This document shows, piece after piece, positions 44,502-47,249 of a DNA stretch of 47,249 nucleotides. The first letter of the stretch is position 1; every line of letters starts with the position of its first letter. The position numbers and the translations under genes are program-made. The notes under the pieces are model-generated. The model saw only the letters and a list, made by a program, of their open reading frames with translations. It was not told where the DNA came from and made no database searches. Source of the DNA: an uncultured bacterium (GTDB lineage Bacteria; Abyssobacteria; SURF-5); the NCBI GenBank assembly GCA_964482745.1, contig CAYZZY010000001.1, forward strand, positions 1 to 47,249, written 5' to 3'.

Positions 44502-44940
44502 CTCCGCTCTTTCGCGAGTCCTTCAGGTACTTGCGTCCTCGTCTCCGCATGCGGGCTTGGCCCGCAGCGGTTTCGTCTTCATAGCCGAGCAGGTGGAGTG
44601 TCCCGTGGATTGCAAGAAACCTGATTTCCTCGACCAGGCTGTGCCCAGCCCGATCCTTCTGCTTATCTGCCGTGTTCATGGATATGACGACGTCGCCCAG
44701 CAGGTCGGGATGGAGATCAGAGAACTCTCCCTCGCCCATGGCGAAAGCGAGAACATCTGTGGAAGAATCAATTCCGCGGTAGAGCCGGTTAAGGTCTCGC
44801 ATTCTCGAATCGTTGACCAGGAGTACGCTCACTTCGGCGTTTGTTCTCTTCTCTCCCTCGAGCGTCTTTTCAATGGCCGCGCGAATTGATGCGAGCTTTA
44901 TTTCCGGTCTTCGCACTGACTTTCGTATCCGGACGGTCAA
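44488..44940 (-). CDS. ybeY: rRNA maturation endoribonuclease YbeY
   Basis: TDVLAFAM and HGTLHLLGYED zinc motif. TTG at 44940 gives a typical 150-aa protein; the ORF-track start at 45021 has no family-like N-terminus. Confidence 0.8.
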   Translation of the reverse strand: MTVRIRKSVRRPEIKLASIRAAIEKTLEGEKRTNAEVSVLLVNDSRMRDLNRLYRGIDSSTDVLAFAMGEGEFSDLHPDLLGDVVISMNTADKQKDRAGHSLVEEIRFLAIHGTLHLLGYEDETAAGQARMRRRGRKYLKDSRKSGGEAP

Positions 44941-47161
44941 ATTTTTCCTTGATCTCGGGAACTGTCTGTTCTGCGGGGTATTCAACCCGCGAATGGAGGT
45001 ACCCGGCAAGCACTCTGACAAAACTTCCGACTATCATGTGAAGATCTTTGAGCGTGAGATCGCATTCATCAAGCTGCGAGTCGATGAACTTGTTATTCAC
45101 GATCTTTTCCACAAGACCTTTGATGCGGCCATGCGTAGGATTCGAAAGTGTGCGCGAGGCGGCTTCCACGCTGTCGGCCAACATGCATATTGCTGTTTCA
45201 CGAGATTGGGGTTTGGGACCGAGATATCGGAATTTCTCCTCCTCAACCGCGGATGTCGACTTTTGTTCTATGGCTTTCTGGTAGAAAAACGGCATCAGGC
45301 TGGTGCCATGGTGCTGTTGGATGAAGTCTATGATCGGCTGATTCAATCGATGCTCACGCGCCAACTCGACGCCCTCCTTGACATGTGCGATCAAAACCAG
45401 CGCGCTCATGGTGGGCGCAAGATCCTCATGCCTGTTTTTCCCGCTGCCCTGGTTCTCGCTGAAATACAGCGGTTTGTTTGTTTTTCCGACGTCGTGATAA
45501 TACGATCCGACGCGCGCAAGCAGGCTGTTGGCTCCTATCTGTTCGGCAGCCGCTTCAGCCATGTTCCCCACCATCAGGCTATGGTGGTATGTCCCCGGCG
45601 CATGCATTGCCAGGCGCTTGAGAAGCGGACGGTTGAGGTCCGAGAGTTCCAGCAGGCTGATGTTGGTTATTATCCCGAGGATGGCCTCCAATGGGATCAA
45701 AGAGCCCGGTACGATGAAAATGGCCGTGATGAGGCCGCTGCTGAAACCCGCAATGAGAGTCGGAAGTAGTTCCTCGCGAATGCCTCCGATGAAACTCAGA
45801 GCAAGGATCGTGGCGGGGTTAATGATCGCGACGACAATACCAGGCCAGAAGATATCGCTGCGCCTTGTTATTCTGCGCATATAGAATATTCCGGCAAGAC
45901 TGCCGAAAACCGCAATGAGGAAGAGGCTTACGCGATAGCTTCCCTGCGCTGAATAAAGCACACTGATGAAGAAGGAATAGACAAAAGCAACTCTTTCATC
46001 GACTAATATGGACAGCAGGATCGCGCCGGCCGCCACCGGCACAAGATACAGGAAGATATCGGGCAAAGGCGATGGCAATAACATGAACAAACGACCTGTC
46101 AAAAGTGTTATGAGAACGAGAATGGCGACGAGCAAAAGAGGCTTGTTCTTGTCGGCGATTTCAGGGCGGAATTGCTGGAGGTACAGAAAAAAACAGCCGA
46201 ATACCATTAGCAAAACCATGGCGTTGCCCACATATATCTGGAACCGATTGGATTCGCTCAACGCATTCGCATGTGCGGTAAGCTCTGCCACATCCTGTGC
46301 CGTCACTTTGTGACCCGCTTGCACGATTTCCTTGTTCTTGCTGAAGGTGTCCGTGACGACTGGCGTTTTCCCGCGGGCGTCATCCTCCGCGCCCCGGGTC
46401 AGCTTTTCATCATAGCTCAGAGTGTTCTTGATGAACGATGACGACAGTTCCTTGAACGCGTTCTGGTAGGACGGCTTGTCAGGGAATTTGTTTAAGGCTA
46501 TCTCTTTGAGTTTCTCAGGCGCGGTCTTCCGAGTGAGAACCGTGTCCACCTCGACCTTGCGCCATTCCCGCGATGACTTGTCGTATATCGATATCTGCCT
46601 GGCGCTGCCGGGAACGTCACTCAAAACACCTTCTTTCAGTATCTCCCCGGTCGTCTCCAACGACATCGAGCGAAGGGTATCGAGTTCCTCCTGGGTGATA
46701 CCGGCCAGGAAGGCAAGTGTCTCCTTTGAGATGGATCCGGGCATGTATTTCGAAAGAAGCGCAATCCTTTCCTCATGCGTGAAGAGAGCATTGAGGGCGT
46801 CCTGCTCTATCTTTTGGAACTGGGCCTCGGCCTCTTTGACTGACTGATCCACAAGTTCAGGCGTGAGCACATACACCGGCGGCACTTGAGCTGCTGCCTG
46901 CTCCTGAGCCAGTCTGGTGGCTTCAAAATCCGCCGCTTCGAAGTCTATCTCGGCGAGCACTGACTCTTTCGGGTAGTCGCCTTCTTTCAGTGTCACCCAT
47001 TGAAGCTTCAGAGGAGGCGAGATAAGATACAGCGTAGCGAGGAATAATAAAGCTATGCCGATGTTCCTCAGGCTCAGGATGTTCCTTATCGGAATCCCGG
47101 AAATACGGTCTTTAACCGTCGACCCGGAAGCCTTCTTTTGCATCTGCGTCTTACCGGTCAC
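44870..47161 (-). CDS. pgpH: 7TM-receptor HD-domain phosphohydrolase (PgpH/YqfF family, c-di-AMP phosphodiesterase type)
   Basis: 763 aa. Extracellular domain, 7 TM helices, HD domain HHSLMVGNMAEAAA...GSYYHDVGK...QQHHGTS. GTG start overlaps the phoH stop (GTGA). Confidence 0.85.
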   Translation of the reverse strand: MTGKTQMQKKASGSTVKDRISGIPIRNILSLRNIGIALLFLATLYLISPPLKLQWVTLKEGDYPKESVLAEIDFEAADFEATRLAQEQAAAQVPPVYVLTPELVDQSVKEAEAQFQKIEQDALNALFTHEERIALLSKYMPGSISKETLAFLAGITQEELDTLRSMSLETTGEILKEGVLSDVPGSARQISIYDKSSREWRKVEVDTVLTRKTAPEKLKEIALNKFPDKPSYQNAFKELSSSFIKNTLSYDEKLTRGAEDDARGKTPVVTDTFSKNKEIVQAGHKVTAQDVAELTAHANALSESNRFQIYVGNAMVLLMVFGCFFLYLQQFRPEIADKNKPLLLVAILVLITLLTGRLFMLLPSPLPDIFLYLVPVAAGAILLSILVDERVAFVYSFFISVLYSAQGSYRVSLFLIAVFGSLAGIFYMRRITRRSDIFWPGIVVAIINPATILALSFIGGIREELLPTLIAGFSSGLITAIFIVPGSLIPLEAILGIITNISLLELSDLNRPLLKRLAMHAPGTYHHSLMVGNMAEAAAEQIGANSLLARVGSYYHDVGKTNKPLYFSENQGSGKNRHEDLAPTMSALVLIAHVKEGVELAREHRLNQPIIDFIQQHHGTSLMPFFYQKAIEQKSTSAVEEEKFRYLGPKPQSRETAICMLADSVEAASRTLSNPTHGRIKGLVEKIVNNKFIDSQLDECDLTLKDLHMIVGSFVRVLAGYLHSRVEYPAEQTVPEIKEKFDRPDTKVSAKTGNKARINSRGH

Positions 47162-47249
47162 TGGTTTTCTCCTGCTCGGCTGATCGCCCCATCACGCTCA
47201 TATGCGTCGACGATCTTTGCAACGAGCGGATGCCGAACAATATCGCGAC
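47158..47249 (-). CDS. phoH: PhoH-like ATPase, C-terminal 29 codons only (truncated by window edge)
   Basis: The minus-strand frame reads RDIVRHPLVAKIVDAYERDGAISRAGENQ-stop. DIVRHPLV.KIV.AYE is the PhoH C-terminus. phoH-pgpH-ybeY synteny. Confidence 0.75.
   Translation of the reverse strand, partial: RDIVRHPLVAKIVDAYERDGAISRAGENQ

Overview
This 47.2-kb chromosomal window comes from a diderm bacterium (BamD-like, LptE-like and OmpA-family genes; strong GGAGG Shine-Dalgarno usage). I call 48 CDS, one of them truncated at the right edge. All calls rest on motifs read by eye from the ORF translations. No searches were run, and the GC statements come from hand counts of a few 60-nt lines.

Most of the window is housekeeping:
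- bamD-like, lptE-like and holA, with rpsT and murJ next to them
- a queD-queE-queC-folE2 preQ0 operon
- glgP, an SDR, an amidohydrolase, a HAD hydrolase and a patatin-like lipase
- a tightly packed infC-rpmI-rplT-hisA-tyrA-tmk-holB run, followed by ricT, a TatD-radical SAM fusion, trpS, scpA and yraN
- cysS, a NifS/IscS-type desulfurase, and rplJ-rplL
- phoH-pgpH-ybeY-CNNM-CNNM-DUF502

I found no rRNA, tRNA, CRISPR array, transposase, integrase or reverse transcriptase.

I cannot point to one clear-cut novel system. The non-routine content, in my order of interest:
1. An orphan PilB/GspE-family ATPase. It carries an intact tandem MshEN-type c-di-GMP motif and an extra C-terminal double zinc ribbon. 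An unexplained 836-nt low-GC non-coding tract lies directly upstream.
2. A single-polypeptide TatD hydrolase-radical SAM fusion.
3. An envelope or osmotic-stress cluster: a membrane-anchored FGE-like protein, a tandem LEA_2 lipoprotein, a DUF4126-PH fusion, a glycine-zipper OmpA protein and MscS. The mscS gene has a roughly 180-nt multi-helix leader that may be a riboswitch.
4. Firmicute-style terminator/antiterminator leaders in front of infC and rplJ.
5. Two families of short REP-like hairpin repeats, one showing compensatory stem changes between copies.
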